Assembly (NCBI RefSeq): GCF_006345805.1
Contig: NC_042999.1
Coordinates: 57,784,001-57,848,000 of the forward strand
Direction: 5' to 3'
DNA length: 64,000 nt
Source: Octopus sinensis
Lineage: Eukaryota
Shown one piece after another: positions 1-13,339 of the stretch. Each line of letters begins with the position of its first letter. Position 1 is the first letter of the stretch. A program made the position numbers and the translations under genes. The notes under the pieces were generated by a model, which was not told the origin of the DNA, did no database searches, and saw nothing but the letters and a program-made list of their open reading frames with translations.

Positions 1-123
1 GTAACTTCCAAAAACATTAATCTCTTCCCATTACGTGATGCAGATATGACAATGTGGTCCTCGGTTCGATTCCACTGCATGGCACTTGGGTTAACCAATG
101 CCTTGAGAGCAGAATTTGGTTGA

Positions 124-825
124 TAATTACCGGGTAGAATTCTGGCTTTTGAAGCCCATATAACCACTAGCGTAGCTAGCAGGATGCGGTAGGAGCTGTC
201 TGCCCCGGGCGGCACTTTTGAGTCTGCTGTCTATGATTTTTGTGGTGTCCGGGGGCGGCGGCAAACGGAAGGGCCGTCCCGGGCAGAACACACTCTAGCT
301 ACGCTATAGCATATAACCCCTCGTAACTTGTTTATTTTTTTGATTTTTCAGGAAATTTTTCTACATACGGGAATTCATACGCTTATGCTTAAATTTGTTT
401 TTGTTGTAATTTTTACCCCCACTCCGATATATTCAAAAATTTTCACTTCTCCGAATTTTTCTTTTGAAATCAAATTTTTAAATACGGACAGTCGAAATTT
501 TTTGCTTAAATCCCAACAGTGGACCACGCTTGGATGCATCATCATTCCGTTTGATGTGTTTATGGTGAGAAAAATATTGAAAAACATTAATACATGTCAG
601 AATGACAAAGAAACGAAGATGGTATCAAGTGGTCAATGGATGTGTTAAAAATAACAGCTAAATCGCCCTTAAATCACACAAATTTCTTCTATTGTATAAT
701 TGTATGAATTCCCGGATGTAGAAGACAAATTTGCAAAACATTTCTGAAAATTTTTTAAAATAAAAAAATTATGAGGGTTAGGGTTAGGGTTATGGGGTGC
801 CTAAACCAGAATTCCGCCGATTATT
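124..825. mobile_element. Fold-back element / MITE with ~100-bp terminal inverted repeats; left TIR interrupted by a hAT MITE
   Basis: 314-380 is the reverse complement of 702-780 (gggaattcatac / gtatgaattccc; taaccc / gggtta). The match continues left of the MITE (agaattctggc near 137 vs ccagaattcc near 806). Confidence 0.6.
165..309. mobile_element. hAT-type MITE (145 bp)
   Basis: TIRs cactagcgtagctag / ctagctacgctatag; exact 8-bp TSD catataac at 157-164 and 310-317. Confidence 0.8.
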
Positions 826-1171
826 GTATAGAAAACCGTCGTGTATGTATGTGTTCCGGTTCTCTGTACTTTGCGTTCAAATCCGCCGACGTCAAAATTG
901 CTTTCCACCTTTTGGGATTGAGAGATAGACTACTTGTTGAGAACTAGAGGTCTGCAAGGGGTAAAAACGCACCTCCTAAAATTTTTTGTCGTCAATGAAA
1001 ACGCTTCGACTATCCTGGGTTGGACATGAATTCGAACCCACTAAGAATTTCTTTCCTGCACTTGTATTTTGGATGTTTCGCTGTGTCAAGGATGGGAGAA
1101 TGCTTGTGTCCATTTGTGACTACAGAGGCATCTAAAACCGTAAGTGAAAGCGAGTGACGACCATGTATAAA

Positions 1172-1519
<348 letters not shown>

Positions 1520-3007
1520 TATATAATATAAATAAATAAATTTAAAGGAAAAAAATTGATGGTTTTTTTTTTCTCTTATGAGGTTTTTCACGCTAACTAC
1601 TTGATAAATTCTTATGAAGATTTTTATCCTATTTTAAAATTATATATACATATAGGTGTGTATGTTTATTAACACCGGTATAACCAGTATAAAATACCGG
1701 TGTTGTTTATGTCAGGTATGTTTATGTTCCGCAGTGGAGCAGTTTGACAAGAGAAGAATGTTCCGGGCGTGGCTACAGCTCAATGACAGAAACCAATAGA
1801 AAAGGCTACCAGTGTGCACAACTAACTCATTTCTTGACATAGCATCTCATCTCATCACGTATCTGATGATATCTCTGGAACAGTCACTTACTCAACTTCG
1901 CACGCAACTTTTACTTTCGAAGTTAACGATAAAATCCATATAAATAAATGATCCACACCCAAATCTTCAGTTGAAGCAAATCTCCCACCACGCTTATCAT
2001 TTATTTCACATTGTTACGAGACTAACTTTGCTTCTCACCATCAGCACTTTAATATTCGCTTTTCCATGCTGGCATGAGTTGGCTAGCTTTGCCGCATCAT
2101 CACTCATTTTCATATTTTATACTGCGAGAACAAACATTTATTAAAACTATTTTTCAGCCATTGAACGTTAGTGCCTATGCTCTTGCTATATATATATATA
2201 ATTGTCATATATTATATTACAGATAAATTCCTCTATTTACATAATATCGTGGTCTCATTCATTCTTTTGTTGTCATACCATTACTCTGTGTGTGTGTGTG
2301 TGCAGGGCCGGAGCAATGTTAAATGATACCCCAAACACAACCTGACCCTTCCCTTGTCTGACAAGACATTATATCACGAATGCTAAATGTGAAATAATAT
2401 ACTAAGAATGTTGTTTCCTTCTAAGTCACACCTCACAACTATAAATATAATTTGCTTTCAGATTTTAACAATCCAACATTAAAAAAACAGCAAGCAATAT
2501 GAGCAAACTATTTACTTAAAAACCAGAGGTAAGAGGAAAATGCATATTTTCAACACAAAACTGTTATAAGGGAAAATACAAATGCAAAACATTGAAAACG
2601 ATTTTTCCTATAGGAATCGGTGTTGATGGTCAATTTTTGAAGAAGGAAAAAGAAATTCTAATAAAATACACATAGACACACACACACATAACAGATAAAT
2701 AGAAAATCAAAATTCTTTTATTTAATTGGTTTCTAACCATAAAGATACAAAGCATTTCAACATTCAAAATAGTTATTGGTTACATATAACTTATACTTTA
2801 GAAAGTTTTCTCCCACTTTGATCAAATTCTTAAAACTAATCGACAAATCTGCTTACATTTAGCAGAGAGAATGCATCCTGTTTATCTTATCGCATAAACT
2901 GCTGTTGTGATTTTTAATATTTCAACTGAAAGGCCTAATCTAACTCATATTTGTATCACGTTCCATATAACTAATTTTCATTGCCCTTTTATTTAGTAAC
3001 ACATTAT

Positions 3008-3330
3008 CTCTTTTACTTGTTTCAGTCATTTGACTGTGGCCATACTGGAGCACTGCCTTTAGTCGAGCACATCTACCCCAGGACTTATTCTTTGTAAGCC
3101 TAGTACTTATTCTATCGGGGGGGGGGTGAACAAACATAGACACACAAACATATACACACACATACATACATACATATATACGACGGGCTTCTTTCAGTTT
3201 CCGTCAACCAAATCCACTCACAAGGCTTTGGTTGACCCGAGGCTATAGTAGAAGACACGCAGTGGGGCTAAACCCAGAACCATGATAGTGCGTAAGCAAG
3301 CTACTTACCACACAGCCACTCCTACGCCTA
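3008..3330 (-). mobile_element. SINE family A copy, internally deleted
   Basis: Reverse complement of the tRNA-like head (taggcgtaggagtggctgtgtggtaag) and the tail (ccagtatggccacagtcaaatgactgaaacaagtaaaagag) seen in other copies. Confidence 0.85.
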
Positions 3331-3914
3331 TTATGTTTATACTTTGTGAAAATATCTACGTCTTCGTTTGTTAATACAGAATAATTCATTTAATGAGAAA
3401 TTCTGGAACTTACTTGTTACTTCTAGTTATACGACACGTTAAAATAGACAAATAGGTTCGAAATGCTAACCAAAACAGTAAACAATCAAAGTGACATACA
3501 AAAACAGTGATTAATGGGGGCACATTTTAAATTTTCGATGTGTTTTACGATGGTTAGTGTTACTCATCATTGTTTTCCCCTAAGCACCGTTAAGTGTGAA
3601 TAACTACACTTAATAGCTACATCAATAAGAACCATCACATACCTCTACTGGTAGAGACTGCCACACTATAGTCACTGAGTCATGGCACAGCGAGTCAATG
3701 AGGTTGTTCCGTCTGTTGGCAGTGACTGATGCACAACTGTCACTGACTCACTGCATAGAGAGTCAAGGAGAATGTTCCATGTGACATTAGCCTGATTCCA
3801 ATTTTGGAGTACATTCCTTAATTCAAAATAATATCAATCACTTCAATACATGATGCTATTTAATAGTAATACGTCAGTAAAAGAGATTATTGTTTGCTAG
3901 AACCATTAGAGCGA

Positions 3915-4078
3915 AGGAAGAAATGCTTTACGATATTCCTTCTGGCTCTATAGATTCTGAGTTTGGATCCCAACCTTTTGAGGTCGATAAAATAAAGTAG
4001 CAGTCAAGTACTGAGATCGGTGTTATTGAATATCCTCAGCCCTCAAATTTGCTGGCCTTGTGCCTAAATCGGAAACAG
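3915..4078 (+). mobile_element. Degenerate SINE family B variant
   Basis: Central gaggtcgataaaataaagtagcagt motif and ggccttgtgcctaaa tail, like unit 3 at 28033-28194. Confidence 0.55.
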
Positions 4079-4711
4079 TCATTATTATCGTTGTAGAGGG
4101 TTTCCAATTCTTGTCAGCCTCATCTTTTTCAAGGCCTTTGATTCATCTACAACCTTTACTGCCACTAAAAAATTATGCTTCCTTAAGTACATAGTTATTT
4201 TGTTTAATAAGTCAATCCAGTCCTGCTCTATCACACTCAGCATCAATTACATCAATTAGAATATTTTCCTAATGTTTCTTTTCTTCATTTCTTTCTTTAA
4301 CCATTAAAGGATAATTTAAGAGAGGTTTTAGTTGCTATGTTACCTTGTCAAATAGCTCAAGAGATTCCCTCGTCAGTCAGAATACCGGAGGGAAAGAAAC
4401 AGACTGAGACTGCTTTCCTGCTCCAACTATGTGTTAGACCATAGAATGCATAGTGTGGTACTCAGTTACATAGAAGCATGATGCACTGCAAATCTGGATC
4501 TGTGACCACACCTACTTATACAATTAAAACTTTATCAGATATGATCTGAGGCAACATGGCTAGGCACCAGGGGTTATCTATTACTTTTAATAAACTATCT
4601 GAATAGTTCATAATCTTAAATTCAACTGTTGTTAATTGTTCTTTTGCACGAGAAATCTGAAGTTCTGGTTCCTAAACAGTTAGCCAATATTTTCTCTGTA
4701 CCATGGTCTAT

Positions 4712-4766
<55 letters not shown>

Positions 4767-5282
4767 CCATAATTAGTCAAAATTGATTATCTACTCCCTG
4801 TTTGCATACCAAATAAGTACTATTCTCATATTGTTACAGGCTATGGGAAATTCCAAAATACTTTTAATTTTATGCTCTCTTTTAGATTTTTTGCCTCAAG
4901 TCCATTTTACCAAGTCCTAAAATCTTTCTTCAGTTCTTGCAATAAGAATGTAGTCACCGATCTGTTATTATATGCTTTATTTCCGGGTTCTTATCTTAAC
5001 TATATGGCAAAATTGATGAGAGGTCCTACAAAGAAAGCTGGTATCTGATCAGCAAAGTTGAGGCTTAGTTACTAGATATATCCTACTCCACACCTACCAG
5101 TACACAGACAATAAGTATATAACAAGATATAGCAACCAAAGGCCAACAGTAGAAAGAGTATTATAATGTAACGGTTAAGTGGGTGGGGATGTTCCCCTGA
5201 AAGTCTCAAATGGCTTTTAAATATTTCTAAATTCATTTTCATGGTGTGAAGCTGATGAGATTAAAACTGAACCTCGAGTAAG

Positions 5283-5452
5283 AGTCTCTGATGAATGGAT
5301 ATCTTCGACCTACTAGAAATAGCAACCAAGTCTTAAAATAACACCCCAACATCCTATAAATGAAAGAATACTTTAGATATTGTATCCTATGTCTCAGATA
5401 GCCACGGTTGGAACACCTTTGATCACAGGTCCGATATGGACTAAACAACAAA
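5283..5452 (+). mobile_element. SINE family C fragment with (AAC)n-type tail
   Basis: ctagaaatagcaaccaa...cctttgatcacaggtc...ctaaacaacaa, shared with 13340-13565 and 22092-22285. Confidence 0.5.
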
Positions 5453-8289
5453 AGTTAAGAGAGCTGTAGCAATGTTAAATAGTGCTCTATACAAAAACAA
5501 ATTCCTTCGCATGATTTGAACTCAGTTGGTCAAATATAACTCCATTATGAATGCCTATTTGTTTACTCAGTAGAATGTATGTATACAATACACATACATG
5601 TATATACACATATATAGAGAGAAGGGAGAGACAGAGCGTTAATTTAATTCTCACTGGATGTGACCACATTTTTCTTTAAAATTGTAATGTTTGTATATGC
5701 ATATCAGTTTACATAAAATAGACTACTACTATCACAAACACACACAGGCATGTGTCTATAAATTGTCGGTTTTATGGAAAATGATATTCATTTACAAACA
5801 AATTTTAAAGAAAAATATGCGGTGACATCTAGTGAGAATTAATCTCTTTCCCCCACCCCATATGTGTGTGTGTACATATTATACACATTTAAATATAAAA
5901 TTATACGCACAATTACACCATACATATACACGCACACAATTATGCAAACCATACAATATATACATTACACACACATATATGTTATACATATACACATACT
6001 ACGCACGTGCTTTATGGTAAATACATGTAACAAAAGAACTAAACATTAACGAGTAATCCACTTGCTAAATTGCAGGTGTGAAACAAGATAAGGGTTAGAC
6101 TACAACACCTAAACACATTTGTAACAAAGAACCTAGCATTAGATGGTGAGCTGTGGCGTAGTAGTAGTGAATGGAGGAAGAATAGGCTCTAAGACAGCGA
6201 AAGGGATCGATCTGTTCATTGTTAGATAAACTGAGCAACAATAGAGGATAAAATGTGAGAGGAGATATATTTCAAAGACCCTAAATCCATAATAATAAAA
6301 GTATGGAAAATTTAAAGAGCGTGCTTGTGTGTGAGTGTGATTTTTTTTTCTCTTTCATTTAAAGGAGAGGCTCAAAATAGCTACAAATACGCAAAAATTT
6401 GACAACTGTTTATTTAATTTTTTAATGAAATAAACAGTAGTTTATATTATTAAAGAAGATTAATTACAATAAACAACTGTAAACTGGGCATCAAATCCTC
6501 ATCGGAAATGTAAAAATAGCTTGCGCTTGCGATGTTTGAACGTTTAATGCCTTTCTCAAAGGCATTAGCGACGATTCATGAAGCGAAATGGCTAAAACTA
6601 GGAATTTAGCTAATCTCTAGGAGTTCATCTGAACACTTCGACGCTCATCAATGATATGAATTATTTTGGAGTTGGTAGACTACACAGAAGAGTTTCAATG
6701 AAAACGAATATATTACTGGTACACATTTTATGAAACAAACCCAGAGGGTCGGAAAGAAACGCAGTAATTAGATTTTAAAACTTGTTGAGCAGGTAGTGAA
6801 GCGAGATCCTCCAGTATAATTTCAAATATAGACAAAATGCCACACATTTTTTGAGGGAGAAATGTAACCGGATTTAACTTGACAAGTACTTATTTTATAA
6901 CCATCACCCCTGAATAGAGAAAAGCAAAGATAATTTTGTCGGGATTTGAACCCAAGGATTTTAAAAGAGTTGTAACTATCATTAGGTATTTTGTCCGACG
7001 CTTTGTCGATTGTGCTATACTGCCTTAATATTTTGACTGGGTACAAGACTGGAGTTTATAGGGGAAAGTACATGCTCGATTGATTCAAGCCCAGAATAAA
7101 TAATATTAGAATATCCATATTTCAGCGAAGTCACCCAGATGAAACTAAGGATATTTAGTTTTGCTCCTCATTCTCTTCCACATCGATGATTTAAAAGAAA
7201 AGAGAAAAAACATTAGCGCAAAGTCAGAAAATTTTTAACTGCTATTTTATCGACCTCAGCAAAATTTGAACTCAGAATGTAAAGAGGCTCAATTATAAAT
7301 TGCAAGGCATTTTGTCCGATGCTCAAGTGAATCCGTTCGGAAATTTCTTATCAAGGCATGATAATAGAAGTGATTTTGTGGTATCCATATCTCACAGGAG
7401 CATTAGCACGGTCAATGAAACCTTAGGCCCGTTTTCATTAAATTCACCTGTGGCACTAGAGATTTCAGACCCCCCACTATATATATGTGTGTGTGTGTTC
7501 ACACTCACAAAAAGCACGTTCACACATACATGTACGTATCATACAGATGTGTGTGTGTGTGTGTGTGTGCATTTGTAGTAGGAACGGGATTTCTTTAGAT
7601 AGTCTTGAAAAAATAGGCGTCGATATTAACTTTCCATTTAGCAGTTGTGAAGGAAAATACCTTTATCTTTCTCGTGTATATGTCAAAAAAGAGAGAGAGA
7701 GAGAGAGAGAGTAAAAAATAAGAGAGAAAGAGAAAGTAGCAGAGTGAACAATGCAGTTTCGATTTTCCAAAGATTTGAAGACATTCTACTTGGCTTACGT
7801 CGTTAATGACCAGAGGAAAGGCATAACTGTCACAACGAGCAATTTCTCTTCTTTTCTAACAAACAGACTCGGAGGTGTATGAAAATATGTGAGAAGGCTT
7901 TTCGGAAAGAAGAAAAAGTGTGACACATGAAAACACATGCGCTTACTTGTTACACGTAGTTTACAAACAGTTTTGTCATTTTTTTTTTTTAATCTGTCAC
8001 GAAATGCTTGAAATAATGTTATACTCAGTATTCTATGCAGTAGAGTTGGAATGGTCACTTACCAATGTAAATATAAGATATCCAGTAATTTTGATAGGAT
8101 TGTTTGCTTGATGTATATATATATATCATAAGAGATATATGTATATATACACGTGCGTAATTATGTTTATATATATATATATTTATAATGTATGAATTTA
8201 AATATATATATATATAATGGGGTATTTTTTCTTGTAGTTATAAATGTACGGCTTTGGTATGGAGATTCGGTTTATACTTTGGTAATTTA

Positions 8290-8420
8290 CTCTGTAGAAG
8301 CGAGAGGATCGTTTACAGAAAATCTAATTCCGTCTTTTCGTCTGCCATGTTGTTATAGCTTACATCCGGGTTCTTGCCTCCGACCGTCTGCTAGCCAGAG
8401 ACTAAGCAGTTGAGGGGTAG
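8290..8420 (-). promoter_or_regulatory. Candidate CpG-containing promoter / TSS-like segment
   Basis: Local CpG cluster in AT-rich DNA; YY1-like GCCATGTT (8344-8351) and ETS-like CCGGATGT (minus, 8362-8369); AACATGGCA start context followed by MADEKTELDFL*. Confidence 0.3.
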
Positions 8421-10239
8421 GAAGAGGCAGCGTGTAAAGAGAGGACTGTAGGAAGAAAGAGAGAGAGAGAGAGGGAGATGGGTGAGAGAGGGAGATGGGT
8501 GAGCGAGGGAGAGAGAGAGTGCGTGAGGAAATGGTGAAAGAAGAGTGGATGAATGGGAGAGAAAGAAAGTATGAGAGAGAAGGAAAGAAGCGGTGAAAGA
8601 AAGACGGATGAATAAGAAAGTAGGAGAAAATTTATTTTTAAAAAAATGAAAAGAAAGAAGAGGAATAGGAATAAGAGAAAAAGAAATCGAGCGAAAAGCT
8701 ATGTGAAAAGGAAAGAAAAAGAAAGGGGTGAATTAGTAAAGAAGAAAGGAAACCATACAAGAAGAGAGGAAGAGATAAAAAATAATTATTGAATAAATGA
8801 ATGAAAAAGAAAGGAATATGATAAGATTGATGAAAACAGAAAGTAACTCGAAAGTAGGGGAGGAATACAAAGAAAGAAAGGTGCTGGGAACGATATAACG
8901 AAAACGAATGAATGAGAGAGAAAGAATGTAAGCAACAACCGGTTGTGAAAAGGCACAGTAAAGCGATAGAAAAAAGGTACTAAGGAGTAGTTGCGAGCGT
9001 AAAAATATAACTATGAAGAGAGTAAGAAAAGTGTGAGAGCAGCAACCAGATGTGAAGAGAGCAGACTGCCTGAACCCATCCCTGGTTTAATGATATAAGT
9101 TTCCTGTAATAAAATTATTTAAATTAAAACTTCCAGCAAAAATTCCATGTTAATACCGTTTTAATAATGACAAAGATATTTTATTAAATTCTACATTATT
9201 TTTAAGATCAATTGAAACAAAGTTTTGATAGAAATATTGTAATAAAAGAGTTAAAGCAATAAGGATGTAATAGGGAGGGATATACCAAAGAAGCGTATGA
9301 GAAAGAAGGGAGAACGAAAGAGAAGGTGAAAGGGATATAGGAAGGAAGGTGAAAAAGAAAGAGAAAGACGGAGCGTAAGAGGGATATCCAACGAAGAGAG
9401 TGAGGAACATAATAAAGAGAAAGAGGGGGAGAGTGAGAGAGGGAGAAAGAATGCATGTAAGCAGCAACCGGTAGTATAGGGAAAGAGAGAATATTGTAAA
9501 ATAATGATGGAGATATAGTAAAGGGGAGTAACCGAGAGAGAAAGAAGTGATGAGTGAGTGGATGATGTAGAGAACGATGTATTTAAGATAGACATCTAGA
9601 GAGAGAGAGAGACAGAGACACAGAGAGAGGGTGCATGTGTAAGTAGCAACCGGCTGTGCAGAGAGAGAGAGAGAAGGAAGCTAGTAATGCAATAGTGAAA
9701 CGCTAGTACGAGTCATGATTTGCCATTGAACTTACTACAATGAAAAAGCTACTAACCATTGCCACTGAAGTATAATTTAAGAATAGAAATCAATAAACTT
9801 TTTATATATATATATATATACTTCTATTTTATATATTTCCTTTCCCCCGCCATCGTCACTGACTTTCACATCGTCTCTTTGTCGCAGCTCCAAGTGTATT
9901 CTCCTGATGTTCCTGTATTAAGGCGTTTCAAACTTCCTCTTCTTTCAACGATAGATCTACCCAGCTGTTTCTCTTACTAAAGAGGGACTAGACACTGCAA
10001 TAAAAGTACACAATACTGAATTATTCAATTAATCTTGCTTTCTTTTTTTTTTCTACTCTTTGCATCTACCTTTTGTTAGTAAGCTTGTATTAGTGTTTTC
10101 TTCATTGCTTTTATTATTTGATTTTTTAATCAAAACCTATAAGTACTTTGCTTAGAAAGCATATAAAGTATACATACATCGGCCATAAAGAAATGGTTTC
10201 AATTTATTATTGCTGTTTTATGTTGCTTTTATTTTTTAT

Positions 10240-10640
10240 TTACTTTTAATCAATGGATGTGTTAGGAAGAGTCACAGTCCAAGAAAATTTTGGTGAAAGC
10301 AATTTCGTTGCCCTCAACACTAGCAAAGCTTTCGACTGTGTCTGGAATGCAAATCCCTTGTTAAAACTGTCTTCCTATGGGAACCATCCGTTTCTCAACT
10401 CTTTAGTCGATAGTGTCCAGTCAGATCGCTTTATTGCGGCCTGTGATGAGGGATCTCTCTTTGGCCCTCATTGTATCAGTTTTGGTGTACCTCAGGATTT
10501 TGTTTCCTTCCTTCTATATTCCAACAATGCCGCCTCTTGTGCAGATGAGACTACCTTTCATTTTCCCCTTACCTTTTGCGCTCAAGCCTCATCTGCATGC
10601 AACCTGAGGCATCTCACGAGAAATCTGCACTGATTCCATA
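10240..10640 (+). mobile_element. Degenerate CR1/L2-group LINE RT fragment (5' part)
   Basis: ORF 10253-10633 contains ALNTSKAFDCVW, LLKLSSYG and GVPQ, which are RT motifs. Confidence 0.7.
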
Positions 10641-10770
10641 AACAAGTACCTCAACAACATTCTCCAATGAGGTCGACAATTTTGTCTCCTTTAACAAGAC
10701 AAAAAAATGCACACAATAACCGCAATAACAATAAGAACAACAATGCTAATAATTTTGTTTGTCTACCTTG

Positions 10771-10771
<1 letters not shown>

Positions 10772-10825
<54 letters not shown>

Positions 10826-10829
10826 CAAC
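10772..10829. repeat. (AAT)n/(AAC)n microsatellite
   Basis: Direct reading. Confidence 0.95.
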
Positions 10830-11004
10830 CTAGGGAAAAAAACCTATGAGGAAAACAGGTGGTATATAAAAATGCTGTGGAGCCACTGTTGAAACACGAA
10901 GAAACTGTGCCTGATAGAAGGAAATCGATTACATTTTTGAGATCTGCGGACAAAACTACATATAAAACACCATATAATATCCCTGATGAAAATTCTGCAC
11001 TTCA

Positions 11005-11720
11005 TATAATTATATGAAGTGCAGAATTGACCACACTACCGATAGCGACAAATGTAGAATGTGTGGTGTGAGGGGTAGAACGGTAAGGCACATCGTTAGC
11101 GAATGCCCGAAATTGGCACAACGCGAATACAAAAGACGCCATGACAATGTGGCAAGAATGATCCATTTGGAGCTCTGTGGAAATCACGGTCTACAAAGAG
11201 CAAAGACGTGGTATGAACAAACCCCAGAAAAAGTCACCGAAAATGAGAACTGTAAAATCCTGTGGGATGTAATGATCCAGTGCGATCACTTGACCAGACA
11301 TAGGAAACCGGACATTGTTGTGGTCAATAAAAAAGATAAAACGTATGATCATCGAAATAGCATGTTCCAGTGACAACAGATCGATGTGAAAGAAGAAGAC
11401 AAAATAAACAACTATGACGATTTAAAGTGGGAAATACGAACGTTGTGGTTAAGGAAGAGAGTAGAGGTGATACCAATAGTAATTGGTGCGCTTAGAAGTA
11501 TCAGCACTCAACTACCCACATGGCTGAAAAAGATCGGTGCAAGTGTAAAGGAAGAACACCAAAAAAAATCAGCATTGCCTGGAACTGCAAGAATTCTTCA
11601 CATGGTTCTTGAAGCATGACCAGTAAACAAGTTACACTTTCGTCTGCTGGCTGTGGACAGCTGACAGTTTCCATCATACCCAGCAAAATAAGCTGTGAGT
11701 TTTCATATAAGAATAATAAT
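11005..11720 (+). mobile_element. 5'-truncated R4/Dong-like non-LTR retrotransposon (Zn knuckle + restriction-like endonuclease), frameshifted
   Basis: CRMC...HIVSEC knuckle, RHDNVA, KPDIVV (PD..D/ExK type), VIPIVIGAL, KSALPGTARIL in ORFs 11014-11373 and 11386-11619; ends in aataataat. Confidence 0.85.
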
Positions 11721-11759
11721 AGTTAAAATTTTAAAAGTTTAAAAAAAAAATCATCGCAC

Positions 11760-12300
11760 CTCATCCTTTCCTTAAACATGAACAACATGTAACTAAAACC
11801 CTCGCGATCGCTCCCAGTGTTATGCCTCGTAATAACTGAGGATCTTTCATAGCAAACACATAGCTTGGCCACCATTTCAAAGGCTGACCTTCTTCAGAGC
11901 CAGAAAATACTTCTCCCGACAACCACTAAACATCTATAAAGCTCAGAAAAGACCCTCATCAAAGTACTGCTCTTATATCTGGGACAGTGCTGCTGCAACA
12001 CACACAGGCATCATAGTCCGTATCTAGAGAAAGATCACTGAACTGATTGGTATGAAGTTACAGTCAGACGTGCTCCAGCTCCTAATCCACTTAGTTGTTT
12101 CCTCTCCACCTTTCTACCACTTATCTTATTCACTCATAAACACTCGACTAACTCATCTTTCCTTCTCTCTTATTCAACGATGTATTCATCCTTTCATTCC
12201 AAACCGCTCCAACCACTACATTCAGTCTTTTGTTCTCACGACATTGGTCCTCTAGATTTCCCACCAAGCACTTGTCTTTCATGAAGTCACATGCATGCAA
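11760..12300 (+). mobile_element. Degenerate CR1/L2-group LINE, 3' part (continuation of 10240-10640)
   Basis: Decayed YKAQ.RP..KYCSYIW.. coding remnant at ~11935-11990 followed by typical C-terminal sequence. Confidence 0.55.
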
Positions 12301-12384
12301 TAGTTGAGAAGGAATGTTAACGGCATTACTCTCACCTGTCAAAGAAAACTTTCCTTAAGACCTAGCTAATTATAATTCTTCCTA

Positions 12385-12583
12385 ATTTTTTGGTACAAGG
12401 CCGGCAGTGTTGAGAGGAGGAGCAAGTCGGTTATTGTGCTCATATAGTGCTTACTTTATCGATCTCCAAAGGGTGAAATGCAAAGACATCCGTGGCGGCA
12501 TTTGAACTCAGAGAGTAAAGCTGGAAGAAATGCTGCTATGCATTTTGTCCGACGAGCTCCCGACTCTGCCAGCTCGCTGCCTT
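12385..12583 (-). mobile_element. SINE family B variant
   Basis: Reverse complement of the head ggcagcgagctggcagagtc and the ctgagttcaaatgccgcc B-box-like motif. Confidence 0.7.
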
Positions 12584-13339
12584 GGTCTAACTGATAATAA
12601 TTCTTTCTGTTATAGGCACGAGGCCTGAAATGGTGGGAGGGAAGAGGACAAGCTGCACTTAGGTGTGTACAAGCTGACGGTCGTGGAAATTTCTTTGTCT
12701 TTGTCACGCCCTCCTTGGCGCCCCCTAGCACATGGTGCTCCGGGCGACTGCCCGAGTTGCCGGTACGTTGAGCCGGCCCGGCCCATTCCTACTGTAATGT
12801 TTCTACTTATTTACTACCTAATCGTAAAGTATTTTGTTCAACACTGGCGGCTTCTCGCAATCTTTGCTCTATTTTATTTTAAGAGTAAAGCTTATGATCT
12901 GATGCACGGATGTTTTTACTATTCTATCACTTCAGTTAGAGTAATAATAATAAGCCCTGTTTAACATCATTACCTGGTACTTTAGTAGAGTCTACTCTGT
13001 TGCAAGCATTCGGGCCAGTCTTTGGTTTAAGGAAACATTTTCCATCCTCTCTCACTCCCACCAATCTCGGAAACCCTATAAGGAGTTATAAGCACTGCCT
13101 TCCCTCCTGACTAAAAGATCTTTTTATCAAAGTGGTTAAAAGGAACTAGATGAGTGTACCGAACGAAAATACATCTTGCTATTTAGTTATTCCATACATT
13201 TTAAATCGTAATTGGTGGACAATAGCGTCGTTGGTCGTGGGTTTCCAATGGACCAATCACTAGTTCACTGCTTCTCTCACTGTCAGAGTCATTTATACGC
13301 CATGCAGACTGGGTAACTGGTCCTATCAGTCTCAGAGAC

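Noticed and set aside
328-648. 106-aa ORF
   Set aside because: Lies inside the fold-back element, overlaps its TIR and has no domain signal.
776-793. (GGGTTA)3 as interstitial telomere
   Set aside because: Only three units, and part of a transposon TIR.
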